DNA of 64,000 bases from the human T2T-CHM13v2.0 reference genome, Homo sapiens. Position numbers and translations under genes: made by a program. Every line of letters begins with the position of its first letter. The first letter of the stretch is position 1. Location of the stretch: assembly GCF_009914755.1 (NCBI RefSeq), contig NC_060926.1; one strand, 5' to 3'. The notes under the pieces are model-generated. The model searched no databases. It had not been told where the DNA came from and saw only the letters and a program-made list of their open reading frames with translations. Of the stretch, positions 27,906 to 41,138 are shown piece by piece.

Positions 27906-28398
27906 TACCCCTGCTTCTTTTTAAAATGAAAGAATTGAATAAGAGGATCTTAAATGATATTTCTGACTCTGACATGCCATGATAGTAATCTTTTAAGAAA
28001 GCTGATAAAATCAACATTTCACCTTTGATTTTTTTTTGATATGTCCATCTGAGCCCTATCTTTTTATATGAAAAACTTTCATTCTTCTTATAGTAGAAAT
28101 CTCTTTTGAATCATTTCTGAAATTTCTCAGTAAGTCAGTATCTTAGCATTCCTGTTTGTTTTAGGCTTCAGTATTTAATACCCTGAAAACAAACCTTCTT
28201 ATCTTATACCACTAACCATGCTACTAAAAATCAATCCATCAATTAATGAATTAAAAGATAAATATGAATTCAAATCAGGAAAGAAAGAAAAATTCTCATT
28301 TTTCCAAAAATGCAGGAATTCATATCATTCTACTAATACTAACTAAAGTCATGGAAACCTTTTACCCTACCTAGGTAGAATATCACAACTACATGTTT

Positions 28399-28612
28399 GG
28401 GTGGTTCTCAACTACGAAAAAATTTACTTCCAGGGGACATTGAACAACATCTGGAGGCATTTTTGGTTACCATATCAAACTGCTATTGGCATCCAGTCAG
28501 TAGAGGCCAGAAGTGCTGGTCAGCATTCTACAATGCCCATAACAGCCTCTCACAACAACAACAACAAAATCATGTTTCAACATGTCAGTAGTGCCGAGGT
28601 TAAGAAACCCTG
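28399..28612 (+). mobile_element. MER20 (hAT-Charlie MITE)
   Basis: 'gtggttctcaac...ccaggggacatt..acatctggaggcatttttggtt...tgtcagtagtgccgaggttaagaaaccctg'. Confidence 0.9.
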
Positions 28613-29014
28613 GTGTAGGTAGATTATGCATTTCTAATGGAGGGCCATTATTCAAGGCTATGGTAAAATGTATGCTAAGATTCTTTACTTTTTTTTTTTT
28701 CAAGTTTCTTATTTGGAAAGTCCTGACTGTGTCTTGATAAGCTCTCCTTCTTTATGCTTAGCTTTCGAACAAATGTTAGTTCTGTCTCCCCTTCCTCTCT
28801 CCCTTCACAAAGTTCATAAAACTAACCTGATTGCTACCACCTGCAACCAAGACAGGAAACAGAGGGCAAGAGGGTCCGACCCTTGTGGAAGTGTCCAGAA
28901 TAACCACTAGAACCTTAAGCTGGAATTGTTCTTCCAGCTTCCTGAGCCAATATGAGTCCAGGCAGTATTACAACCCACCCAGAGCAAGAATGGTGGTAAC
29001 CAACTTCCTGCATA

Positions 29015-29256
29015 GACCTGTGGTACAGAGCACAGACTCTAGAAATGTCCTGGGTTCAGATCCTACCCCTTCTGTCTTTTTGCTATCTAGCTTTGGCCAC
29101 TTAATCTCTCTGTACCTCAGTTTTATCATTTTTAAAACAGGGATAACAACAGTAAGCCTACCCCAGAGAATTACTGTGAAGATTAAATGAGCTAAAATAT
29201 GCAAAGTGCCTGGCACACAGTAAGCCCTAGATTCAAGATAGTAGTTGTTATTATCA
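29015..29256 (+). mobile_element. MIR
   Basis: 'cttaatctctctgtacctcagttttatcatttttaaaacagggataac...gtgaagattaaatgag...gtgcctggcacacagtaag'. Confidence 0.88.
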
Positions 29257-31229
29257 TGATTCGACTCTGCAATAGTGCCACGTAACTTTAAGTTACAGGA
29301 GGAGATTGACTTTTGTCTCATTACTTTCTGAAGAACAAACTTTCTCTAGCCATTTTCTCTGAATTTTCATTAGAGGTTTCAGATTCTACTGCAAGGATCC
29401 TTGTTTCTGGAGCCCAACCTGCACCCTACATTCCTAACACTTTCTATGATTGTTTCACCTCTAAATCTTCCCTACTGAAGCAATTCTGTTTCTGCTATTT
29501 ATGACATTGGTCTTTGGCCATGCACACAAACTTTCCAAGAGTCAATAGCATCAAAAGTGATGCTTTTTTTCTATGAGTTTCAAGTTTTAAATTATATCTC
29601 AAACTGTAAGAAAATTTAATTTTGACAGAATTTTATTAGCCTTACATAACTATATACTCTTCTATTCTGGGCAACTAAATGCAATTAACTGATAAAAGAA
29701 TTTTAAGAAACTATTCCATAGATACACAGAAATGCCTGGAAATTTGCACACTTGTTCAAACAATGTGTAATTCTTCATGCTATCATCGGGGTAAGAGAGA
29801 ATTTTGTATTTAGATCTCTAATAATTAATCTGTACTGAGATATCTTATAAAATAACTTAGATACATCTCTTAGTTAATAAAATTAAGTAAGCGTCAATGA
29901 AATTTTATTGGGTTTCTCTGCAACATAATATGGTTAGCAAAGTGGACATCACAAACTCCCACGTCTTATTCACAACTTAGCGATTAAAGCTTCTTTTTTT
30001 CACAAAAAAACCTAGGTGTCAACAAATTCACCTCAAATAACCATAGAATCAACTCTTTGAAACAAATAAAGGCAATATTAACCCAATAAAAGCCTACCAA
30101 TAAAGGGCCTGAAATAATGTGCCTGAAAATCATTTAATAAACCCAAAAAGGGGAAAAGAATCAGCAAATGAATTCTTCCTCTTTAAAACAAATGAACAAA
30201 AACAAACAGCCTTACACGAATTCACAAAACAGTTAAGCCACATAAAACGCCTTACAAAGAAATTAATACTACACTTCAGTTTATTGGCCCTTTTACTTCC
30301 TCATCAAGCTTTGTAAGCATTTCTAAATAGAGCGTCATTTCCACAAGTAAACATTTTTTACTGGAACATAATTTTAGCATTACAATGAGTTCCTTCCATT
30401 AAAATGATTGGTTTCACTTGAGGAAGTTTCCCAAATGCAAGCATTTGTTTTCATCATTATGGCTGAAACAAATATTCTGTTAGACCTTGCTAACTAGCCT
30501 TGCTACATATATGTAATATGAGAATGTATTTGCTCATCTTTCCTAATAGGAAGGCAATGTGTGTCCTTAACATGTTTGCATGAAGTCAGTGTACATTTAA
30601 GGTTGTACAAAAGATTCTAAATCATTGTTTTAAATATCAACTTTCAACTATTTCTCTGTCAGCCCTTCTGAAAACATATGGCTATGTTATGTCAAAGAGT
30701 TTGAAAATCTTCACACTGGCACTGGCCTGTCATACTAAGATCTATTTCAAGAGGGGTATGATTTCATCTCCATAATAAAGAAGTGAGATTGGCCCGGATT
30801 CATGGGTCAATAAGGAGATAGCAAAGAAGCGATTGAAAAATCCATTTTTGATGAGAAAGGCAAGTAGTAATCCTATCAAAACATCTTTAATCTCTAATTA
30901 GATGTCAATGTCTACTTAGTATGTACGATTTTTGGCACCTGAAGGCATCACAAGTTTTGATTATAATACTATGTTATGATATAGCCTAAGATAAATTACT
31001 TTATACTTAAAATGTGATTCTGATATGATGAATAAGTTAGCAAGACTGATCTAATAAGTTAGCGAGGCTGATCTCCAACAAATTTATGAAAAGGTGGAGA
31101 CCTCCTGGGAGGCCTCTTACACTTAGGTAAGAAGGAACCACCTAGAAGGAATTTGAACTAGTAAAGAAGTGGGAGAAGGATCAATCCTAAATATAATATG
31201 ATATTTGGCACTTGAATGTTCCTCCCATA

Positions 31230-31490
31230 TCAACCCTACTTGGACTGAACAGAAGGATTATACATACAAGCTAAAAGAGCTGTCCTACAGACCCTTGATT
31301 GATCTAGCCCCTGCCTTCCTTTCTGGTCTTATGTTATCGCATCTTCCCCCTCAAGCCCCATTATTTAGGCTCTACTTACATCATTGCACTATGCTGCATC
31401 AGATAATTAAACCTTTATCCTTGCTGTTGACATCACCAAAACCTCTTTGCTTGAATCTTGCCCAATTCTCTTTCTCACTCTCAAGCACAT
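31230..31490 (+). mobile_element. LINE-2 fragment
   Basis: 'gacccttgattgatctagcccctgccttcctttctggtctt'. Confidence 0.5.
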
Positions 31491-32654
31491 GTCATTGGGG
31501 TATTTAGAAACACCTGCATGGAGAGGAAGACTGGTGTTTAAGAAGACAGTGAGATTCTGGGTCTGCAGGCAAAGAAAAGAGCCTGTAAAACTTGGGTTAC
31601 TCTGTAACTCTGACCCCAATCTGGCCCCACAGGAAAACAAGGTCTGGAAAACTGGGGTTGTACTTTTTAAAAACTGGGGTTGTATTTTTTTAAAAAATTT
31701 GACTTAGAACTGTCACTCTCCTTTCCTCCCTTTCTTTTCCCCTCTCTATCAGAAAGCTGTGTATAGGACATACTAAAACACTTCTTCTCATCTAAGTTCT
31801 GAACCTCAAATTGGTTCCCTTCATTAACGATGATATATAGAATCATATTTTGCAGGTGTAAAGATGGACATTGAGAAATCCTATGGGCTAAGCCAAAAAA
31901 AACTCAGGTCCCAGGAGGCTGAATAATTGCTCAGAATTGTACATGTAGTTGCTGGCACTCAGATTAACATTCAAAGGTTAGTTCGTTGCACTTTTAGCTT
32001 TCAGTTGAAAGAAAGGTGATGCTTCACACAATGGAATTAAGCTAAGCTGAGCTGACCTATAATTAAAAATCAAAGTCATGCCACTCAGCCTATCTACTCT
32101 GCTTAACATGCCTGACTATCACAGGTGTATCTCATAAATTACAATTATTTCTTTGGCCCCAGAAATCAATTTGGTAAATAGATGCACCCTTTATACACAG
32201 AATCTCACATTTACATTTATCTCAGGACTAGGTGTGAAGGACAGGGTTGAATACAGCTAAAGGGCATACATTGAGGGAAATGAATTACATATGATATTAC
32301 ATATCTTACTATAATATCAACAATTTTCATTTTTCAAGCATATTGCATATAAAGTGGGCATTATGAACTCCATGCACCACAAGCGAACAACAGAAGCTTA
32401 TCATATGGCAAATGATTAATGCTGCCACCTCCAAGTTACCTTGGGCACAGCCAGGATGCATCTCAAAGATGTGTTAAATATCTATCAACACCTTCTGCAG
32501 TGATTGCTATAAAGAGAAGATAATGATGAAGGCACCAAGCTTGTCTTTCTTCAGGGTTAGATTCACGGAAGGGGAAAACAGGTTAGATTCATAGGAAAAA
32601 AAAATAATTAGCAAGAATTTCTGATAAATTTGGTAACTTTTGACACTTGTAAAT

Positions 32655-33200
32655 TTATTCATTCATTTCTTTGTTCATTCATAGAACAAATATTTGTAAA
32701 GCAAAAAAAACTATAGTATGTCAGGTACTCATCTGTGTTTTAGACATAGAGCAGGATTCAGAACAAAGCCCTTTCTTTTAAAGGAATTTACATACTTTTG
32801 GAGACCTTAGAGAAATGAATTTAAAATATCTGGCTGTAAGAGGTAAGATACAAGGGAACAAGTGAAAAGTTTATGGGAGAACAGGAAGGAGGGAGTGTGG
32901 CTCTGTTTCTATGCTAGTCACTTGCATAGGATGGCAGCATGGCTCTGGGAGTCCTGTCTAATAAGAAGGCATTTCTTCAGAGCAGTGAAAGAAGTGAGGG
33001 ACTGAGGCTCACAGATGTTTACAGGGAGATATTTCTAAGCAGAGGGAATAGCATGTACAATGACTTTGACAGAGAAGAGCAGTTAGCCTTGGCATGTTCA
33101 AAAACCAGTAAGTGGGCAGTGTAGCTGAAGACTAGTGTGTGTGAATGTGGAAGAGGAAGAAGAGAGATTATTTACGGCCTTATAAGTTGAGATAAAAACA
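32655..33200 (-). mobile_element. LINE-2 (L2a-like) 3' end
   Basis: 'ttcattcatt...aacaaatatttg', 'ttctaagcagagggaatagcatgtacaa' and 'ttggcatgttcaaaaacc'. Confidence 0.8.
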
Positions 33201-34432
33201 CATTACCACTGTATGAAAAAAAACAAAACTTGCCAAAATGATATGATGTGTAGACAAATACAAATTTATAGTCTTTATTATAGGGCACTTCACGGAACAG
33301 CAGGATCATTTTTTATACCATTTTCTGAAAACACTGTAATCTGCAACTGCCATTTAATAATTTAATTTCATGGAAATATATTATTGAATCAGACTTCCTT
33401 AATTTAAGTAACTGTCTGGCTTCGTTTAATTATTTAATCTCTCTATACCTTAATTTCCAAATCTGTAGTCTACGGATCATAGAAGAAACTAACAGCAATC
33501 TCTCTTATGAGCATAAATGTAAGTATATGTACATATATACCAAACTAATGATAGCAGTCAAATTCAAAATAACATATTTTAAAAATTACATTAAAGAAAT
33601 GCAAAGTCAGCTAATATTCAAAAATTGATTCATGTGATTTACCCTTTTATCAGAAAAATAAAGAAAAGTCATATCATTATCTTCATATTTTAAGGAAAAT
33701 CAATCACCCTCCATTAATTTAAAAGCTTAGCAACAAGAAATAGAAAGGCAGAGTTTTCTTAACCTAATAAAGAGAATCTACAAAACAAATTTTAGCTAAC
33801 ATTATAGATAAGACAAGACTGTTCATTGTCCTTATATTTAGTCATCATTGTGCTGGAGATTCTAGAAAACAGGCAAAGGAAGTTTTTTTAAAAAATAAAA
33901 GTTATAAGAATTGGAAAGATAGGAATTATAGGGTCATTATTTTCATACGAAATAATTGAGTACATAAAAAATTCCATAGACTATTGATATTTAAATGTAG
34001 AAAATTACAACATGAAAGATCTATATAAAAAGTTTCTACATAGTACTAAAACAATTCAGATACAATTTTTTTTAAAAAAGATACTATGTACAATAGCACC
34101 ACAGAAACAATACAGAAACATCAAATACCTATGACTAGATCTAACTAATGACATGTACATGACATAAAACTACAATATCCTATTGAGAGAAATTAGAGAA
34201 GGCTTAAACAGAGAAATACATCATGTTCACAGATGAGAAGATACAATATTGTTAAAATGTTGATTCTCTACAAGTTGTTTTACAGATTCAATGTACCCCA
34301 ATCAAAATCTCAACAGAAACTGTGGTGACAATTGACAAGCGAGTTCTGAAACATGTATGAAAGAACAAAAGATGAAAATTGTGAAGTCAAAAATTTTGGA
34401 GAATTTGCACTACTGGACATCCAGACATTATT

Positions 34433-34756
34433 GGCTCACCACTGTGGCTCACGCCTGTAATCCCAGCACTTTGGGACACCAAGGCGGGTGGATCATTTGA
34501 GGTCAGGAGTTCCAGACCAGCCTTGTCAACATGGTGAAAACCCATTTCTACCAAAAAAACAAAAATTAGCCAGGCAGGGCGGCACATGCCTGTAGTCCCA
34601 GCTACTCAGGAGGCTGAGGCGGAAGAATCATTTGAACCCAGGAAGCAGAGGCTGCCATGAGCCAAGATGGTGCCACTGCACTCCAGCCTGGGCAACAGAG
34701 TGAGACTCCATAAAAAAATAAATAAATAAAAAATAAAGGAAAAGAAAAAGAAAAAA
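34433..34756 (+). mobile_element. Alu (old AluS or AluJb type), full length
   Basis: Dimeric Alu with 'ggatcatttgaggtcaggagttc' and a mixed A-rich tail. Confidence 0.95.
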
Positions 34757-34892
34757 TATATTATTAAAGTACAATAATTATGTTCCATTCCAATCCCTAT
34801 ACAGTCAGTCACCTGTTTTATGCAAAGATTTTGCTGCAAAATGGAGGAAAAGATGTCCTTTTTAGAAAATGATGCTGAATCAAATCAGTATC

Positions 34893-35299
34893 TGATATAT
34901 TAATAGTTTGGATGTCTATCCTCTCCAAATCTCATGTTAAAATGTGATTCCCAGTGTTGGAGGTCGGGCTTAGTAAGAGGTGTTTGGGTTATGGGGGTGG
35001 ATCCATCATGAGTGGCTTGGTCCCCTCCCCATAGAATGAGTTCATACAAGATCTGATTGTTTAAAAAGGAGCCTGCCACCTCCCACTCTCTCTCTCTTGC
35101 CTCTTCTCTCACCATGTGACCTGTTGGTTCCCGTTTGCCTTCTGTCATGAATGTAAGCTTCCAGAGCCCCTCACCAAAAGCAGATGTCAGCATTATGCTT
35201 CATATGTAGCTTGCATAACCATAAACCAATAAAGCTCTTTTTTCTTTATAAATTACCCACTCTCAGGTATTCCTTTATAGCAACAGAAGTGGACTAACA
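34893..35299 (+). mobile_element. MaLR solo LTR, MSTB-like
   Basis: TG...CA ends; 'ccaaatctcatgttaaaatgtgattcccagtgttggagg' and 'ctcaggtattcctttatagcaac'; 5-bp TSD GTATC at 34888-34892 and 35300-35304. Confidence 0.92.
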
Positions 35300-35364
35300 G
35301 TATCAATATAGGAAAAGTATGCATTTCAGTAGTTATCTTAAGCCACATATAAAAATCCATTCCA

Positions 35365-35641
35365 GGCCAGGCACGGTGGCTCACGCCTGTAATCCCAGCA
35401 CTTTGGGAGGCCAAGGCAGGTGGATCACGAGGTCAGGAGATCAACACCATCCTGGCTAACACGGTGAAACCCCGTCTCTACTAAAAATACAAAAAAAAAA
35501 AAAATTAGCCGGGCATGGTGGCATGCTCCTGTAGTCCCAGCTACTCGGGCGGCTGAGACAGGAACCCAGGAGGAGGAGCTTGCAGTGAGTCAAGATCGCG
35601 CCACTGCACTCCAGCCTGGGCGACACAGCGAGAGTCCGTCT

Positions 35642-35677
<36 letters not shown>
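35365..35677 (+). mobile_element. AluY-like Alu with a long pure A tail
   Basis: 'gatcacgaggtcaggagatc..ccatcctggctaacacgg' and 'ggagcttgcagtgag'; ~11-nt internal deletion; A35 tail; imperfect TSD aaaaatccattcca / aaaaatccacttca. Confidence 0.95.
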
Positions 35678-35680
<3 letters not shown>

Positions 35681-36310
35681 ACTTCAGATACATTGTAGAA
35701 CTAAATTTGAATGGTAAACAATAAATCTTCTGTAAGATAAAATAGAAACAAATCTTCATGATTATGAGGTAGTATTTGGATGGCAAAGTAAAGCAATATT
35801 CATATAGCTTATACCCTGAAGCCAGCTTGGGGCACCAGGCACTAGGGCAGCTAATGTAATTTGTCACTAATCTGCCAGCTCTCCTGGTTGGCCTGGGGCA
35901 TAAATCAGACCTTCAACTCCTTCTGCTCCCACTGTCTCCTCTGTCAGCTTCTTAGAGGCATGAACCAAGTCCATGAACATCTCCATGCAAATACAGCAGA
36001 AAAATCCAGATGAAACTGCCTCTACCTACCAAAATACTAAACCCATAGCAAATAGCATATTTTTTAGGGACTTCAAGGATAAGAGCCACCAAGAAGGTGT
36101 AAAGGATGCAGTATGGTGATACTACCACACCCGCATTCAACACACCCATTATTTTGGCCTGTGCAAGAGACAGATGGGACTTTGAAAATGACAGTGCATT
36201 ACTGTAAACTTAATCAGGTGGTGAAATCCATTGCAGTTGCTGGCCCAGTTGTAGTATCATTACTGGAACAATCAACACACCCCTGGCATCTGCAATCTGA
36301 AAATGCATCT

Positions 36311-36379
36311 ATCTCTCTTTCTCTCCCTCTGCTCTCTCTTTGTGTGTGTGTGCGCGTGTGTGTGTGTCTGTGTGTGTGT
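36311..36379. repeat. Compound (CT)n(TG)n microsatellite inside ERV-L pol
   Basis: CT-rich run followed by a TG run containing CGCG. Confidence 0.9.
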
Positions 36380-37943
36380 AAAGAACTTCAGAAACAACTT
36401 GCTTTTCCCTAACAGAGCCAGTATCATATTAAACCTCCAGTCTTATGCCATAATCTACTCCTCAGGGACTTCTATGGCATCTTCATTCTACAGGGCATCA
36501 TTACTCTGATAATCCATTACATTTATGATTCGCTGATTAGATCAGATGAGCAGAAAGTAACTACTGCTTTAGGCATCTTCCAAAGATATATGCATGAGAG
36601 AAGAAAGGAAATAAATCCTACACAAATTTAGGGACCTGCCACCTCAGTGACATTTCTAGGGGCACAGAGGAATGGCGTGATATTTTCAAAGTGAAAGATC
36701 AGTTGCTTCATGTGCACCCTTTTATCATGAAAAAAGAACCAAAATGCCTAGTGCACCACTTTAGAGTTTGCAGAGCCATAAACCTCACTTGGGCCTGCTA
36801 TTCAGACCAACTCATTGAGTAACTTGATAATCTACCAATTTTGAGTGTGGCCAAGGAAAAAAATAATAATTCTTCAGCTGCCCTACTAGTTGGACCAGAT
36901 GACCCTGAATATCCTCATGATGCTTGACATGTCTGTGACAGATAGGGTGCTTCATGGAGACTTTGACAAAACACTCTAGGAGGCTCACAGTACAAACATT
37001 TAAAATTTTGGATCAAAGCTATGTCATCCTCTGCAAACAGCTATTATAGTTTTGAGGAACAACTTCTGTCTTGTTGCTGGGGCCAAGCAAAGAATGAACA
37101 TTTTATCACAGGCTACCAAATTACCACATGGCCTTAGCTGCCTATCATGAACTGGTTGCTGTCTAACCATCAAACCAAAAAGCACAGCAGCACTTCATAT
37201 TCAAATGACATGTAAGAGATTCAGCCCAGTCATATCCTAAAGGCAAATGTAAGTTGCATGAGCAAGTGGCCCACAGGCCACATTCCTGATCCAATGCCTC
37301 CTCTTTCTCAACCTGCCCTCATAACCACATAGAGATTTCCCTATAGCTGGTTGACTGAAATAATACAGCTTCATTTAAAGATGGGAGCCCCTTACAGACC
37401 TATTTGGGGTGGCCTTGGAGGACAAGGGTGAAGGGAAGGCCTCCAGTGGACAAAACTTTGAGCAGTGAATCTGGCTGTTTGCTTTGCTTGGAAGAAGATA
37501 GGGCCAGAGTTGTGAATCTACACCACTTAATGAACAGTGGCTAAAAGATTAGATAAGTGGTCAGGGACTTGGAAGAAACATAATTGGAAAATTGGTTCTG
37601 TAACTAGGCACAGACTATGACAATATTTGCTCTTCATCTGAACACTTACAAAACAACAACCTCAAACAAGAGAATTTTAATGATCATTTAGACAAAATGA
37701 CCCATTCTGTGAAGGTAAGTCAGCCACTTCTGTCCTTGTCATGAGTGAGCTTCATGAACAAAGTGGTGATGTTTTAGGGCTAGAGTTTAAGCTTGGGCTC
37801 AGAAACATAAACTATCACTCACCAAGGCCAATTTAGCTAAAGCCATTGCTGACCTACCATCAACAGAGACAAATGTTGAGCCCCCATTTTTGCACCATTT
37901 ACCAAGGAGATTGCTGAGGAACATGCTGCAGGTCGATTGCATC

Positions 37944-37967
37944 CAAGCTTGTCCAACTTTCCTTATT

Positions 37968-38008
<41 letters not shown>

Positions 38009-38169
38009 CTGTTTTGTTTTGTTTTAGGCTTCTAGCAGCTCGAAGCCATGGATTTAACTGTCTGTCTCTAGTAATATGCAGAAAGGAGGATGAAGAAGGG
38101 GCTTTACTGGCCAAACCAGAAACAGAAACTAAGAACCCATGACTGTATTCTCTCCCTTGGAAACTCCTG
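37944..38169 (-). mobile_element. hAT-Charlie MITE (MER107/MER30-related) with an expanded (TTG)n tract
   Basis: Termini 'caagcttgtccaac' and 'ttggaaactcctg' resemble MER30-type TIRs; body 'aaaccagaaacagaaactaagaacccatgactgtattctctcccttgg'; (TTG)~13 at 37968-38008; interrupts the integrase region. Confidence 0.75.
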
Positions 38170-38814
38170 TGAGACCATTCATAATGGAAGATGTAACACC
38201 TTGTTCTCATTGGAATAGATATTACTCTGAATATGGATCTACCTTCTTTGCCCGTAATGCTTCTGCCAAAACCATGGCTTCTGGCCACAATCGTGAATCT
38301 GTGCCACTTAGTGGACAGAGGCTAATAGATAAGTGGACAGGGGCTTGGAAGAAACATAATCAGAAAATTGGTTCTGTAACTGGGTGCAGACTATGACAAT
38401 ATTTGTTCTTCATGTGAACCCTTACCAAACAGCAACTTCCATGTTATTCACTTCATACATCTTTGCTTCTGACCAAGGGACAGTCTTATATTTATGCAAT
38501 TCACTGGTCTTCCAATGTTTCCTATCACTCTGAAGCAGTAGTATGATAGAATAGTGCAATAGCTTTTAGAAAACTCAGTTATGGCACCAATTGGGTAAGA
38601 ACACCTTATGAGGCTGAGATAATGTCCTCCAGGATGCAGTATATGCTTTAACTCAGCAGCTATACATAGTGCTGTTTCCCCATATCCAAAATTCATGGGT
38701 CCAAGGATCAACATAGTTGGAAATGAGAGGAACCCTTCTAACTATTAGCCCTGATATTCCCCTAGTTAAAATGTTGTTTGTTAACAAAACTTTGAATTCT
38801 GGTGGTCTCTAGAC

Positions 38815-38998
38815 CAGATAACACTGTTCCATATTTGTGTAATTCAACATGGTAGCCACTAGCTACATGTGGCTATTGAACTCTTGAAAGATGGCTACTT
38901 CAACTCAGATAATATAATTAAAAATTGATTTAATTCAAAATAATTTAATTTAATATAAATAGCCACATATACCTAGTGACTATCATATTAGACTAATG
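38815..38998 (+). mobile_element. MER3 (hAT-Charlie MITE)
   Basis: 'atggtagccactagctacatgtggctattga...aaatagccacatatacctagtgactatcatattagac'. Confidence 0.85.
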
Positions 38999-39394
38999 TT
39001 TATCTCAAAGTCTACAGTTTTAAAAGATTAATACTTTAACCAGGGGATTGTAATGTTTCCATTACACTAAAAGTTGAAATTGATAACTGTCCATTTTAGG
39101 CTTCTAAGAGAATGATCCAACAGTTACTAGGCTGCCTGGAATAATGATTCCTGATTATCAAGGGGAAATTGTACTACTACATAGTGAGCATAAGGGAATA
39201 TACCTGGAATGTGGAATATCCTTTGGTTGTCTCTTAGTACTCCCGTGTCCTGTCATTAAAATAAATGGAAAATTATACCCAAGACAGGCAGGGCTGTAGA
39301 TCGCCCAGCTCTTTCAGAAATAAATATTTGAATCACCATACCAGGAAAGGAATTACAACCAGCTGAGGTCTTGCTTAGGGAAAAAATAATTATG

Positions 39395-40757
39395 GGACTG
39401 ACATTGAGAAAACGGGATATTCATAGGCATAAGAATGAAATTGGATCCTTATCTCACATCCTATACAAATATCAACTCAAAATCAATTAAAGACTTAGAT
39501 GTAAGACCAAAAACTGCTAGAAGAAAACATAGGGGTAAAACTACACAACATTGCTCTGAACAATTATTTTTTTGATTTGACTTCAGAAGTGCAGGCAACA
39601 AAAGCAAAAATAGACCCAAATGGGATTACATTAAACTATAAAGCATTTGCACAGCAAAGGAAACAACAGCATGCAGAGACAACTTGTGGAATGAGAGAAA
39701 ATATTGGTAAGCCATGCATTTAATAAAGAATTTATATCTGAAACATGTAAGGAGCTCAAACAACTCAACAACAAGAAAACAAAAAACTCAATAAAAAAAT
39801 GGGCAAGGGACCTGAATAGATATTTCTCAAAAGAAAATATACAAATGATGAACAGAAATATGAAAAAATGGTTAACATCGCAAATCATTAGGGAAATGCA
39901 AATTAAAACCACAATGAAATATCATCTCACAGCTGTCAGAATGGCTATTATAAAAAGATGAAAGATAGCTAGTGTTGATGAGGATGTGGAGGAAAGGGAA
40001 CTCTAGTACGCTATTGGTGGGAATGTAAATTAGTACAGCCACTATGGAAAACTGTGGCATTTCCACAAAAAACTAAAAATAGAACTACCAGAGGATCCAG
40101 CAATCTCACTTCTGGATATTGATCCAAAAGATTTGAAATCTGTTTGTCGAACAGATGTCTGCACTCTCATGTTCAAGGCAGCACTATCCACAATAGCCAA
40201 GTTATGGAATCAACAAAGTTGTCCATCAACAAATGAGCAAATAAAGAATAGGTAGCGTATCTAAACAATGAAATATTAACCAGCCTTAAAAAGGAAAGAA
40301 ATTTTGTCACTTTCAACAACATAGATGAATTTGGAGAACATTATGCTAACTGAAATAAACCAGGCACAGAAAGACAAACACTGGAGGTTCTCACTTTATG
40401 TAGGATCTAAAACAATCAAACTCTAGGAGCAAAGAGTAGCATGATGGGGTTACAGAGGCTGGGGCCTGGGGGCAATGGGGCAATGATGGCCAAACGGTAC
40501 AAAATCTCAGACAGGAGGAATATAGGTTTTTTTAATAGTTCTATCACACAGTGTGGTAAATATAGTTAATAATATTGTACATTTCAAAATTGCTAAGGAA
40601 GTAAATTTCGAAAGTTTTCAAAAAAATGTAAGTATTTGAGGTGATGAATGCGAACTAGCTTGATTTAATTATTCACACTGCATTCATGAGTCATAACATC
40701 ACTTTGTACCCCATAAGTGTATACAAATTATAATTAACAATTACCATTTTAAAAAGA
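39395..40757 (+). mobile_element. L1MA (L1MA5/6-like) 3' portion inserted into ERV-L
   Basis: ORF 39704 '[37 protein letters not shown]' is the ORF2 C-terminus; L1MA-type 3'UTR ending 'catcactttgtaccccataa'. Confidence 0.93.
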
Positions 40758-41138
40758 ATGATACTGGTTCCAACTGTGTGACTAGTTGTAGAAATGATGA
40801 CTAGAGTAGCTATGGATATTCTTCTTTATTTTGATATGACGGTGTTTGTATTTATATTAACCATTTTTTTCCTTTTTCTCTCCCTATTCTCTACCACCTA
40901 CTATAATGCATACTCATAGAAATTAAATTTAAATACAGGAGTTAAAAAATGAGAATTTGACTTAGCTAAAGGGATAAATAGTATAATCCAAAAATAGATT
41001 CAACTATTTTATGTTCCCTTTTGAAGAGAAGGATAGCATATTTGGGGTTATATGAGAGATAGTTGCATTATGTTAGATAGAAATATAATTTTGCTTCTTT
41101 TTTTTTAAGAATTAAGGATAGTTGAAAGAGAGCTGGAA

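Larger units (their letters stand above)
33590..35770 (+). mobile_element. Old L1ME ORF2 fragment, hosting two Alus and an MSTB LTR
   Basis: 'catcatgttcacagatgagaagatacaatattgttaaaatg...agattcaatgtaccccaatcaaaatctcaaca'; resumes between the inserted elements. Confidence 0.8.
36005..41138 (+). mobile_element. Decayed ERV-L (class III) internal region: RT, RNase H, integrase, dUTPase
   Basis: ORF 36113 contains 'WPVQETDGTLKMTVHYCKLNQVV..IAVAGPVVVSLLEQ', close to ERV-L RT '[23 protein letters not shown]'. RNase H-like 'WSGTWKKHNWKIG' at ~37557; integrase-like 'WAQKHKLSLTKANLA' at ~37793 and 'ASDQG' at ~38465; dUTPase-like 'PDYQGEI' at ~39149. Many stops and frameshifts. Confidence 0.9.

Noticed and set aside
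28917-28940. 9-bp perfect inverted repeat (aagctggaa / ttccagctt)
   Set aside because: Short stems like this are expected by chance in 64 kb; no supporting context.
37899-38288. 129-aa ORF with a polyglutamine run
   Set aside because: The poly-Q is the (TTG)n tract of a MITE read antisense; the rest is antisense ERV-L.
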